64,000 nt of DNA from Verrucomicrobiales bacterium. GTDB lineage: Bacteria; Verrucomicrobiota; Verrucomicrobiia; Verrucomicrobiales; V1-33. Every line of letters begins with the position of its first letter. The stretch's first letter is position 1. Below the pieces are notes generated by a model, which searched no databases, was not told where the DNA came from, and saw only the letters and a program-made list of their open reading frames with translations. This document shows positions 29,373 to 38,166 of this stretch, piece after piece. The translations under genes and the position numbers were made by a program. The DNA lies in contig JANOAV010000057.1 of the NCBI GenBank assembly GCA_031411295.1, positions 4,379-68,378 on the forward strand. The letters are read 5' to 3'.

Positions 29373-30795
29373 CCACCGTCTTGGGATTCGCCTTGCCGCC
29401 GCTCAGCTTGATCACTTGGCCCTTCAGTGCGTTAATGCCCTTGGCGTTGCCGGCTTTGATTTCGCTCACTAACTTCTCGTTCGCAGCAATGACTTGGGCA
29501 ATGTAGCCGTCGATTAGACCAGTGTCGGACACTTGCTCGAAGCCCTTCTCCTTAGCGATCTCAGCGGGATCGCCACCATTGACGGCCATTTCTGCGAAGA
29601 CTTCCTTGGCTTGGTTGTTGCTGATTTTATTTGAATCCACCATGCCAACTAACGTTTTGAGTTGTGCGGGCTCTATGCGGGAAGTCGCCAGCGTTTCACC
29701 TGCGGCATTCAGTATGCCTAGCAAATCATTGATCACCCAGTTGGCGATGCTCTTGGGCTTGGCAGATCCTTCTGCGGCCACTTCGAACCAATCCGCTAGT
29801 GCCGGATCGCTGGCTAGAACGCTCGCGTCGTAATCACTCATCCCATATTGGGAAACGAAGCGCTCACGCTTGTCATGCGGCAACTCAGGCAACGTGGACC
29901 ACACGCCTTCAACAATTTCCGCTGTGTGCAATGGCACGAGATCTGGATCGGGCAGATACCGGTAGTCATGTGCATCTTCCTTGGTCCGCATGATGGAAGT
30001 TTCCCCCCGATCATCGTCCCACCGACGCGTGCTCTGGATCTGCGGGATGCCTGCGCTGAGTTCGGCAGTCTGACGTTCGATTTCGAAATGAATCGCGCGA
30101 CGCACTGCGCTAACGCTGTTGAGATTCTTCAGTTCCACCTTGGCGCCCAACTCCTTTTGGTCTTCTGGGCGCAGGGAAATATTTACGTCACAGCGCATCT
30201 GGCCTTTCTCCATATCGGCATCGCTCACGCCCGCATAGACCAGAATTTGCCGCAGGCTGTTAAGGTAAGCCACGGTTTCTTCGGCGCTTTCCAGTTCCGG
30301 CTCGCCCACAATTTCCATCAACGGAGTGCCCGCGCGATTGAAATCAATGATGCTGTTGCTAGCCAAGTGGCTGCTCTTGCCCACGTCTTCCTCCAAGTGA
30401 ATCCGCGTCAGGGCGATGACCTTTCCGGGCCGCTGGATGGACTTCTGCGCATCCTTGGGATAAGCCAGATCATAAAGCGGCACGCCGCCACCCAGACACA
30501 GCGGAAGGTCCGTCTGGGTGATCTGATAATTTTTCGGCATGTCCGGGTAAAAGTAATTTTTCCGATCCCACTTCACCATCGGCGGAATGGAGCAGCCCAG
30601 CATCATCCCGGCCACAATCGTCATCTCAATCGCCCGCTGATTCAGCACCGGCAACGCCCCCGGCAGGCCCAGGCAGACCGGACAAGTATTCATATTCGGC
30701 CCAGCCCCAAAGCTGGTGGGACAGGCACAGAACATCTTGCTGGCAGTCTTCAACTGACAGTGAACTTCGAGTCCAATGGTAACGAGATAAGGCAT
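29344..30795 (-). CDS. gatB: Asp-tRNA(Asn)/Glu-tRNA(Gln) amidotransferase subunit B
   Basis: The canonical N-terminus 'MPYLVTIGLEVHCQLKT' starts at 30795. 'GLPGALPVLN', 'RKNYFYPD.PKNYQI.Q', 'IHLEEDVGK' and the C-terminal YqeY-like region follow. Confidence 0.95.
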   Translation of the reverse strand: MPYLVTIGLEVHCQLKTASKMFCACPTSFGAGPNMNTCPVCLGLPGALPVLNQRAIEMTIVAGMMLGCSIPPMVKWDRKNYFYPDMPKNYQITQTDLPLCLGGGVPLYDLAYPKDAQKSIQRPGKVIALTRIHLEEDVGKSSHLASNSIIDFNRAGTPLMEIVGEPELESAEETVAYLNSLRQILVYAGVSDADMEKGQMRCDVNISLRPEDQKELGAKVELKNLNSVSAVRRAIHFEIERQTAELSAGIPQIQSTRRWDDDRGETSIMRTKEDAHDYRYLPDPDLVPLHTAEIVEGVWSTLPELPHDKRERFVSQYGMSDYDASVLASDPALADWFEVAAEGSAKPKSIANWVINDLLGILNAAGETLATSRIEPAQLKTLVGMVDSNKISNNQAKEVFAEMAVNGGDPAEIAKEKGFEQVSDTGLIDGYIAQVIAANEKLVSEIKAGNAKGINALKGQVIKLSGGKANPKTVGELLEKHLL

Positions 30796-31000
30796 GGAAA
30801 TAGCAGCGCGTGGGGGATCAATAAAATGGTATCCCGCCAGCAGAGCATCAATTTCCCAGCGGGGAAACAGGAAAGTTTCCGGGAAGGAGATCTCGCACGT
30901 AGCGGCCGAGTTTTTGACGCCAGCATCCCGCAGGGGATTGGCAGGGCGCTGGCCTCGATACTCGGCCTCTAAGGCTGGGAGCTCCCTTTCGAACCGACTG

Positions 31001-33517
31001 CTAGCCTTTGTTAATTGCATCGGCGGATGCCATTTTCTGTAGGAGCCTCTCGATATTTTTTCTAATTGTGATGCTTTCGGGATGGTCTCTGCCTAATGAC
31101 GCTTCAGTGATCCTAAAAGCTTCCGCCATCATATGATTTGCTTCCTTCAGACGGCCTGCATCCTGAAAAACTTGTGCGAGGTTGTGGAGGCGGAGTGCGA
31201 CCTTGGGATGGTCTTTACCGTAATAAGCTTGATCAATTGCCAGGGAGCGCTGCAACATTGCCTGGACCAAAGGCGAACGATTCATCATCCTCAGAAGTCC
31301 ACCAAGATTATTCAAGCCAACAGCTACACTAGGATGATCCTTTCCAAGGCAGATCTCATCGATAGCTAGCGCCCGTATCATCATTGGTTCCGCTTCTTCC
31401 AAACGGTTCGTATCTTGTAGTAAAATCGCGAGGTTATTGAGGTCCCCCGAGACTGACGGATGGTCTTTACCAAAGGTTGCCTCATCAATGGCAAGTGCTC
31501 GTCGCATCATCATTTCCGCCTCATCAAAGCGATTGGTTTTCTGGAGCACAAGCGCAAGGTTGTTCAGGGAGCTGGCCACATTAGGATTATCCTTACCAAG
31601 GGTTGATTCGGTTATGGTAAGCGACCGACGCATCAGAAGTTCGGCCTCTGCGAGGCGATTCGTTTCAAGTAGCAACTGGGCATGCTCATTGCAGGCACAA
31701 GCAATAAGCCTATCATCGTTAAGCGTCTCCGCTTCCGAGGTTGCCTTGACGCTCTGCTTCTCTGTCTCATCCCACTTGGCGAACTTGCGAAGGAAGGCAG
31801 ACAGCCGGATACGAGCCTCCACGCGCCCCTTGCTGAGCGGCATCGTTTCCAAATGATCCCGCAGAAATTCCACGCGGAGCTTAGACCAGTTTTGAAAGTC
31901 AAGTTTCCCAGCCATTTCTTGAAGCCTCTGGGAAAATGCTTCCAGGCCGCCTTGGCGCTGCGTTTCCCAGCACTGGATTAGCTCCTGCATTTCATCGAGA
32001 TAATTGAATTCAGGCTCGTCGAGTCGGTCGGTAATCCAGCGGGCGGTTGTATCCAGCGGGAGTTGCTTTAGCTCATGCTTGAGGAGTTCAGGCCGCTCTG
32101 TTTCCCCAACGCTCGTGAGCTTGGTGATGAGCTTAAATTTTTCTGATGCCTGTTCCTCTGCTAAGCCGACGGTGGAAAGGTAGCTGAGGGTTTCGGCGGC
32201 GTTTTCGTCGAATTCCCCGGCTTCCAGACGTCGCCAGTATTCTTCTTTCTTCTGGCGGCGGTATTCGTCTTGTTCGTAGAAGGCGGCAAAGAAATCTGTG
32301 AGCAGTGGAATGCGGAGGCGGGCGGCTCGGCTGATGTTCATGGCCAGCCAGAGATCGAAGAAGCCTTCACGAATCACGTAGAGCGAGGATCGGCCATCAG
32401 CGGGGTTCTCGCTGGTGGTGAGGTAGAGAGATTTGGTTAAGCGAGTTAGCAGGGCGGAGACATGCGGCTGGCTCATGCGCATGAGCTTGGCGATGTTCCC
32501 GGGCGTCTTCGGCAAGGCGGAACGGCCCCATTGGTCGCGCATGGAGGCAATGGTCTCGATGACGGCGCGCTCCTGCGGGGAGAGATCGCTGAGGCGGTCT
32601 TGATAGAATGGTGTGATGCGGTCCAGAAGCATCATGAACTGTTGTTTCACCGCCGTGACGGATTCGGTGCTGAGCAGTTCGTATAACATTACGGTGAGCC
32701 GCGGGCTGCCACCGGTCATCGTGTAAATGGCGCGGAGTTTCGGCTGGAGGCTGGGAAATTGCTGGAGCAACGCCTCGTTTTTATCCCACTCCAGACTGCG
32801 GCGGATGAGAGCGATGGTCTCGTCCTGACTCAGCTGGTCGAGGACTTGGGTATCGAAGAAATCGTAGAAGGGTTGATCTGCCTTGGTCAGCGCTCCGAAA
32901 TGCAGCGGAGAGGTGGCCATGAGCAGGCATCCATTGTCCTGCATCAGGAAGCCGCGCAGGCCTTGAATGGACTGCTCTTTGCGGATTTGCTCCTCCATGA
33001 TTTGGTTCAAATTTTCCACCATGAGCACGAACACTTGCTGGTGCTCTTGATAGTGTTTCCGCAAGGCGGGGACCACGGTATCGATGATGACGGCATCGTC
33101 CTCCTGCATTGCTAATTTCTCATGCAGTGCGTGCCACGCAGAGCCAGTGGGGCTGGTGTCCCGCAAGACCTCGCAGATGGTTAGTAGAAAATCAGCGAAT
33201 GACAGGACTCGGCGGGCTTCCTCTGGAAATCGCACAACGCGGTAGGCAGCCGTCAACGCTGGATCCCGCTGAATCTCATCCTCAATGAGGGAAAGGAAGT
33301 GCGTCTTCCCACCACCACGCGGAGCGATAAAGAGCTGATGATGACGCGCCTTGCGCCCAACGTTTCTACGCAGGACTTCCAGCGTGTCTGCCAGGATGGT
33401 ATCGCGCCCCACGGTGATGGAACGTCTGTGCTCAGGACTGGTGAGGTGAGCACGGTAAAGCCCTAGCTGCGACCGGGGTTCGCTAGTTTTGTTGGGTTCG
33501 GTGAGGAGATCAGGCAT
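31001..33517 (-). CDS. P-loop ATPase (ORC/Cdc6- or STAND-like) with a wHTH-like segment and C-terminal KLC/TPR_12-type repeats
   Basis: Walker A 'IAPRGGGKTH' and 'VFVLMVENL' at the Walker B position. wHTH-like 'LMRMSQPHVSALLTRLTKSLYL'. At least 5 tandem ~42-aa repeats of the type 'LGKDHPSVA..LNNLA.LL...R..EAE...RAL'. Confidence 0.85.
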   Translation of the reverse strand: MPDLLTEPNKTSEPRSQLGLYRAHLTSPEHRRSITVGRDTILADTLEVLRRNVGRKARHHQLFIAPRGGGKTHFLSLIEDEIQRDPALTAAYRVVRFPEEARRVLSFADFLLTICEVLRDTSPTGSAWHALHEKLAMQEDDAVIIDTVVPALRKHYQEHQQVFVLMVENLNQIMEEQIRKEQSIQGLRGFLMQDNGCLLMATSPLHFGALTKADQPFYDFFDTQVLDQLSQDETIALIRRSLEWDKNEALLQQFPSLQPKLRAIYTMTGGSPRLTVMLYELLSTESVTAVKQQFMMLLDRITPFYQDRLSDLSPQERAVIETIASMRDQWGRSALPKTPGNIAKLMRMSQPHVSALLTRLTKSLYLTTSENPADGRSSLYVIREGFFDLWLAMNISRAARLRIPLLTDFFAAFYEQDEYRRQKKEEYWRRLEAGEFDENAAETLSYLSTVGLAEEQASEKFKLITKLTSVGETERPELLKHELKQLPLDTTARWITDRLDEPEFNYLDEMQELIQCWETQRQGGLEAFSQRLQEMAGKLDFQNWSKLRVEFLRDHLETMPLSKGRVEARIRLSAFLRKFAKWDETEKQSVKATSEAETLNDDRLIACACNEHAQLLLETNRLAEAELLMRRSLTITESTLGKDNPNVASSLNNLALVLQKTNRFDEAEMMMRRALAIDEATFGKDHPSVSGDLNNLAILLQDTNRLEEAEPMMIRALAIDEICLGKDHPSVAVGLNNLGGLLRMMNRSPLVQAMLQRSLAIDQAYYGKDHPKVALRLHNLAQVFQDAGRLKEANHMMAEAFRITEASLGRDHPESITIRKNIERLLQKMASADAINKG

Positions 33518-34742
33518 AATATTTTTTCCACCATTGTTTCACAAGACCGCTGGCGAAATCGAAGCTGCCAGGCTTGATTTCCACGACGTAGAAATCATTC
33601 TCCAGGTCGCGCAGGAGTTGATTGAAGAGTTGCTTGCGTTTGTCCGCAGGGGATTTGTCGCCTTCGGCCACGAGCACTCGCTCGAACTCGGCAAATAGTG
33701 GTGACCGCTCCATGGCTGCGTGGCTGACGCTGAGTTTCGCCAGAAGGGCGTAGGCGGCTGCGCGTTTGGGTGGCAGGTAATATTGCTCAATGCGGGAGTA
33801 ATAATGCTGGAGCTTGTCCCGAGCGCCACTGGTGACGATGAGATCAGCAAAAGCCCGCAGCACATCCTTGGTGGTGAGTGCTCGGGCGGATCGCTTCCAG
33901 ATACGATAGAGGTCCTGAGTCACCATTTGGAGAAACACCGGAACGGGGCGGCCGAGTTCTTTGGCAACTTTGGCGGGAAGCTTTTCTTCAAACGCTACTC
34001 CTCGTCCCTTGAGCATTCGGACCACAAACTCCATCACCTGCTCCTGATTCAGGGCCGGGAGCGGAACATCGGTGAAATCATTTATCTCGTCCAAACAGCC
34101 CATGCCGTCCAGCGTGCTAGAGAGATTCACGGAACCGCACAGCAGCCACCGAACTTGATCCTGCTTGGGATGCGGCTTCAGGCGATGTCCACGAAACCAT
34201 GCCAGAAATGGACGGACTAGCTCGGGATGGTGTTTCTGCATGTTCAGAATCATGTCAGGAAACTCATCCACCAGCAGGAGCAACCGATGCTTACTCTTCC
34301 TGACTTCAGCAAAGAACTCATCGCCATATTTCTTCCAAGATGCAGTCCAGTCCTTTTCCTGATGGCGCAGAGTGAGTTTGAATCCCTCGTTTCCCAAACT
34401 CTCTACTTTCTCCAACGCCTTGCCGATCCATCCCGTTGTGGCTCGGAACATTTCCTTGAAGCGCTGGGGATACTTTTCCCGGAATAGGTCCAGCAGCAGC
34501 AAAATAAACTCCGCAGGATGGGTCGCGTCCTGAACAAAGACTGAAACAGGTGAAAAGGCTGAGGGCGGGTGAGCCACCAGAAAATCCAACACGCTCGTTT
34601 TCCCTGTCCGCCGAGGCGCTGAAAGAATTACGTGAGCCAGACGCAACTCTTCGTTCAAGTCAGCAATAAACGCCTCCCTGAACCAGAGGTCATCGGGTTC
34701 CATGGGGGCTCCAGTGTAGAAATCAGGGGGCGGCTTGCTCAT
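33510..34742 (-). CDS. AAA+ ATPase of the archaeal-ATPase/ORC-like type (PF01637-like by recollection)
   Basis: Walker A 'SAPRRTGKTS', Walker B 'LLLLVDEFPD', 'LLCGSVN'. The stop overlaps the next gene's start by 8 nt (ATGCCTGA). Confidence 0.85.
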   Translation of the reverse strand: MSKPPPDFYTGAPMEPDDLWFREAFIADLNEELRLAHVILSAPRRTGKTSVLDFLVAHPPSAFSPVSVFVQDATHPAEFILLLLDLFREKYPQRFKEMFRATTGWIGKALEKVESLGNEGFKLTLRHQEKDWTASWKKYGDEFFAEVRKSKHRLLLLVDEFPDMILNMQKHHPELVRPFLAWFRGHRLKPHPKQDQVRWLLCGSVNLSSTLDGMGCLDEINDFTDVPLPALNQEQVMEFVVRMLKGRGVAFEEKLPAKVAKELGRPVPVFLQMVTQDLYRIWKRSARALTTKDVLRAFADLIVTSGARDKLQHYYSRIEQYYLPPKRAAAYALLAKLSVSHAAMERSPLFAEFERVLVAEGDKSPADKRKQLFNQLLRDLENDFYVVEIKPGSFDFASGLVKQWWKKYYA

Positions 34743-34750
34743 AATTTAGA

Positions 34751-34826
34751 AGACAGATTCGTTGTAAAACAGATTTGTTTTATAAATAACGTGAGACAGA
34801 TTTGTTGCAAGACAAATTTGTTTTGT
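34751..34826. promoter_or_regulatory. Array of four ACAGATTTGTT-like 12-mers (two ~30-bp direct repeats) in the AT-rich leader of the ATPase pair
   Basis: ACAGATTCGTTG 34753, ACAGATTTGTTT 34769, ACAGATTTGTTG 34796, ACAAATTTGTTT 34812. Spacing is 16/27/16 nt. The array starts 11 nt upstream of the start codon at 34742. Confidence 0.5.
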
Positions 34827-34992
34827 ATTTATTTCATCTAGAAACGGGCGCAGGCTGAGCAGAATCATGCTGGGCCGTCGCATGATGTTGGCTAGGGATG
34901 GGGAGGGAGTCGGCTGCGGGTGGTGCCGACTGAGGACAGGCGGCACACGTTCCTGACGGATATGGTCCCCCATCAACCAAGGGTTTGATCTC

Positions 34993-36990
34993 CTAGACGG
35001 TGGCAGCCCGCGGCCTGGGCGGGAGCATTCCTTTGCTCGTGGCCAGGACCATTTCCATGACCATGAAGATCATGGCCAGCACGACTAACAATGGCCAAAT
35101 TTCGTTCTGCAGGCGATCTGCCTTCAGCTCCAATGCGCCAGACAGCACGTCCAGTTTCGCGTTGGGCAGCAACTCCTTAATCTTGGCGGCATTAATGAAA
35201 TCAGGATCATCCTCGCTGGCGGGCCGATTCAGGGCGATCTTTCGCGGGCCATTTTGGTAAATCCCTGCGTTCCATCGCCAATCGTGCGGCGTGCTGGAGT
35301 CCACCGGGGTCCACGTTTCCTCCGCATCAGCGGGTTTCCAATTCCCGACCGTCTCGAGCACCGGCGGGCTGAGGCGGCGGCTCCCCTGCAGGAGCATCCG
35401 CTGGGTCATCGGCAGCAGCACGAAGCCCTCGCCCAGGCTGCTCCAGGAGGCTTCCGGTTGGGTGGCACAAGCGTAAATGTAGCCCGCCCCAAGTTTCCGG
35501 CCGCTGAGGAAAGTCAGACCATCGGAGAAGTTAGCATACACATGAGTCGTCGGATCGTTGAGCGAGGGAATTTGCCGCCGTTGCACGTCGAGCTTCGCAA
35601 TTGGCAACGGCGTTCCGTTATCGGTCTTGGCTAACGGTCCATCCAGATCATCCCAGGTGGCAACCCGATACGCCGTCTCCGCCGCTGCCGTCTCTGCCGT
35701 GTTCCAAGTGATCCCAAATGGTCCGCTGGAGGCCGTGCCCTCAGGCGGGAAGCATACTAACACGCCGCCGGATTCCACGAATTTCTGCAACTCCTTGCCC
35801 ACGGCCTCACTGGGGGTGGCGGCTTGCCACAGGATCAGCGCGGCTTCCTTCCAGCGGATCGAATCCGCCCGGGCACTGGGTAAAATTTCCGCCTTGCGAT
35901 CCATATTCTTGGGATCAGGCGCGGCGGCAATTTTGAGCCGGGAGGCAGCGGACGTATCCCCGATGACGAAACTATGCAACGCCACGGGCGGAGCATAAAC
36001 AAAGTAAGCGGTGTGATCAGCCGGGTTCTCATCTGCCGCCAATTCCACCTTTCCCGAGCCCCCAGACGCTTGCAGGCTGGCCACATCAAACGACAAGACC
36101 TGCCGCTGCGTGGCGGAGGTTAAGGGGATATCCTGCTGGCTCTTGGTGCCGTCATCCCGGGTGATATAGAGTGGTAAATTTCCCGTTAGTCCAGTGGACT
36201 GAAGCTCCAGGGCCAGAGCCACCTGCCCCTTCGACTTGTCTGCGGAATTCAAGCGCAGCTCGGCACTCTGCAACGCCAGCGAAGCATTCGTGTTCAGTGG
36301 GGTGGACAGATCCAGCACGCGCACTCGAGTCTCTTGGGGCAATCCGGCAAAGCGCGCGCTCAGGTCCGTCCAGTCAGCGCTGTTAGGACGCCAATTGCTG
36401 GTCTGTAAATCACTGGCCACCCAAATCTCAGCATTTCCGGGATTGTTCTTCGTGAGGTATTCCATGGCCGCCAGAAACATGGCGGGCAAGTCTGCTGCTG
36501 AGTCCGTGGGGCCAGCCTGCGACATATTCGCCAGCGTGGCCGCATCCTTGATTTCCAAGGGTTCCCGCAGCGCATTTTCGATCAGGACAAAGTTACTGCC
36601 TTCGCTCTGTTTGGCAGCTTGCGCCAGCAACGTCAGGGCATGGGCGCGCTTGGATTCCTGCCGATCCGTTCCCGTGGCCTCCATGCTGGAGGAACGATCC
36701 AGCAGGATAATCACCGTTTCCGGTGCCCCACCCGCGGCGGCCCCGATCCAGCCACCCGTGAGCGGCCGGGCCATCGCCCAGAGGAAGAACAAGAGTAATA
36801 ACATCCGACTGGCCAACAGCAAATACTGCCGAATCTTCGCCCGCCGGGTGGCCGCCTTATTGGCCTTCAGCAGAAACATCATGGCCGCCCACGGCACAGT
36901 TTTATAGCGTAGCCGGTTGAGCAAGTGAATGATCAACGGCAACAAAAACGCCGGCAGCGCCCAGAGCATCCATGGTTGGAGAAATGACAT
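34993..36990 (-). CDS. BatA-like membrane protein with N-terminal double-TM anchor and vWA domain
   Basis: ATG at 36990. 'MSFLQPWMLWALPAFLLPLIIHLLNRLRYK' matches the N-terminal double-transmembrane domain. MIDAS-like 'IILLDRSSSME'. C-terminal TM helix. Confidence 0.8.
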   Translation of the reverse strand: MSFLQPWMLWALPAFLLPLIIHLLNRLRYKTVPWAAMMFLLKANKAATRRAKIRQYLLLASRMLLLLFFLWAMARPLTGGWIGAAAGGAPETVIILLDRSSSMEATGTDRQESKRAHALTLLAQAAKQSEGSNFVLIENALREPLEIKDAATLANMSQAGPTDSAADLPAMFLAAMEYLTKNNPGNAEIWVASDLQTSNWRPNSADWTDLSARFAGLPQETRVRVLDLSTPLNTNASLALQSAELRLNSADKSKGQVALALELQSTGLTGNLPLYITRDDGTKSQQDIPLTSATQRQVLSFDVASLQASGGSGKVELAADENPADHTAYFVYAPPVALHSFVIGDTSAASRLKIAAAPDPKNMDRKAEILPSARADSIRWKEAALILWQAATPSEAVGKELQKFVESGGVLVCFPPEGTASSGPFGITWNTAETAAAETAYRVATWDDLDGPLAKTDNGTPLPIAKLDVQRRQIPSLNDPTTHVYANFSDGLTFLSGRKLGAGYIYACATQPEASWSSLGEGFVLLPMTQRMLLQGSRRLSPPVLETVGNWKPADAEETWTPVDSSTPHDWRWNAGIYQNGPRKIALNRPASEDDPDFINAAKIKELLPNAKLDVLSGALELKADRLQNEIWPLLVVLAMIFMVMEMVLATSKGMLPPRPRAATV

Positions 36991-37298
36991 AGGCGCAAGC
37001 AATCGCGGTTTTTCCAGTAATTGTAAAGGGGACTTTGTGCCGCCAACGCAAAGACGAGGAGTGATTTTTCCACGACCTGCGGCCCCTAACTGGGAGTGGC
37101 GCGAGTCTCTCCGCCATCGGCAATGCACCAGCCATGAGCGCCCCCGACCACACCCAAGCGCTAGTCCTGCCAAGCGAATCGAAATGGCGGACGGAGTCAC
37201 GCCACTCCAGTGGCGGAGTCGCTGGAGCGGCGTGCGTCCCGCCGCCGACAGCATGCTGATCAAATTTAAAGGACTAATCCCCTCCCCTACGCACCGCC

Positions 37299-38023
37299 TT
37301 ATTGAGGTTCCCCCAAGAGTTTGGACAGGGTCTCGTCAATCGCGTCAGCCCAGATTTGGTAACCTTTCGGACCAGGGTGCAGGAAATCTGGCATCATTTC
37401 CTTCGTCATCGTGCCATCCGGTTCCAGGAACTTGGCTCCGATGTCCATATAATGCACCGTCTTGCCATCGGCCATCGGCTTCAGCAGATCATTAATCTTA
37501 TTGTTCAACTGACGGCCGGCATCCTCCGGCTTCTCGCCCCGCGGGAAGATTCCCAGCAACAACACCTTCACGCCCGGGCATTTTCCCTGAAGCTTGGTAA
37601 TGATGGCCTTAACGCCTGCGGCGGTATCCTCCGCTTTGTCCTTACGATGCCCGGTATTGTTCGTGCCGATCATCAGCACACGAGCTTCGGCTTCAGACCG
37701 TCGAAATTTCCATGATCCATCCGCCACAGCACATGCTCCGTGCGATCCCCGCTGATTCCGAAATTTGCCGCCTTCCGTTGGCCATAATATTTGGCCCAGA
37801 CTTCCTTGCCTTTCCCATCCCAACCTTGAGTAATGGAGTCTCCCAGAAAAACCAACTCTGCCGTGCCCTCTTTGGAAATCTTATTGAATTGCTCAATCCG
37901 ACCTTCCGTCTTGGCATGCAGTTCCGGCTTGAGCGCCAGGATTTCTGGAGTGGCATCCTGAGCCAAACTGATGCTGGTAAACGAGAGAAGTGCTATGGAC
38001 AGTAGGGAAATGGGTTTGATCAT
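37299..38023 (-). pseudogene. SGNH/GDSL hydrolase (PAF-acetylhydrolase-like) disrupted by a 1-nt frameshift
   Basis: The N-half (37673..38023) carries '[12 protein letters not shown]' and ends '...GLKPKLVC*'. The C-half (37299..37679, other frame) continues 'VLMIGTNN...' to 'DFLHPGPKGYQIWA'. GTGTG at 37677-37681 stands where GTGGTG would restore '[13 protein letters not shown]'. Confidence 0.75.
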
Positions 38024-38166
38024 GAAGCATCAATGCTAAATTCTGCGTCCGCTGTAAATAGGATTTCCGCCGTGAGTGCGGGAGCAAACGATCCGTAGAT
38101 CAATAAACAGAAGTTTCCGTGAAATGCGCGTTGATATTGCTATGCAACTCTGCCAACTTTCAATCC

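Noticed and set aside
29848-30972. 374-aa plus-strand ORF antisense to gatB
   Set aside because: Same reasoning. gatB on the minus strand has unambiguous family motifs, and the antisense translation has none.
30796-31020. 75-aa N-terminal extension of gatB in the ORF track (start at 31020)
   Set aside because: The canonical GatB N-terminus 'MPYLVTIGLEVH' begins at 30795. The extension has no GatB similarity and would overlap the end of the ATPase-TPR gene.
31001-34742. Assignment of the ATPase pair to a named defence system (Avs/AVAST, Septu, Gabija, PARIS, Lamassu)
   Set aside because: Those systems have recognisable effector or ABC/SMC-type ATPase features that I do not see here. Both proteins look ORC/Cdc6- or archaeal-ATPase-like without an effector, so I report the pair only as an unclassified candidate.
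37186-37250. Cluster of short GC hairpins (CGCCACT/AGTGGCG and flanking GGCGGACG/CGTCCCGCC) between the SGNH pseudogene and the BatA-like gene, as a possible ncRNA or terminator
   Set aside because: The stems are short or imperfect, the loop is only 2 nt, and there is no U-tract. This is not distinguishable from chance in GC-rich DNA.
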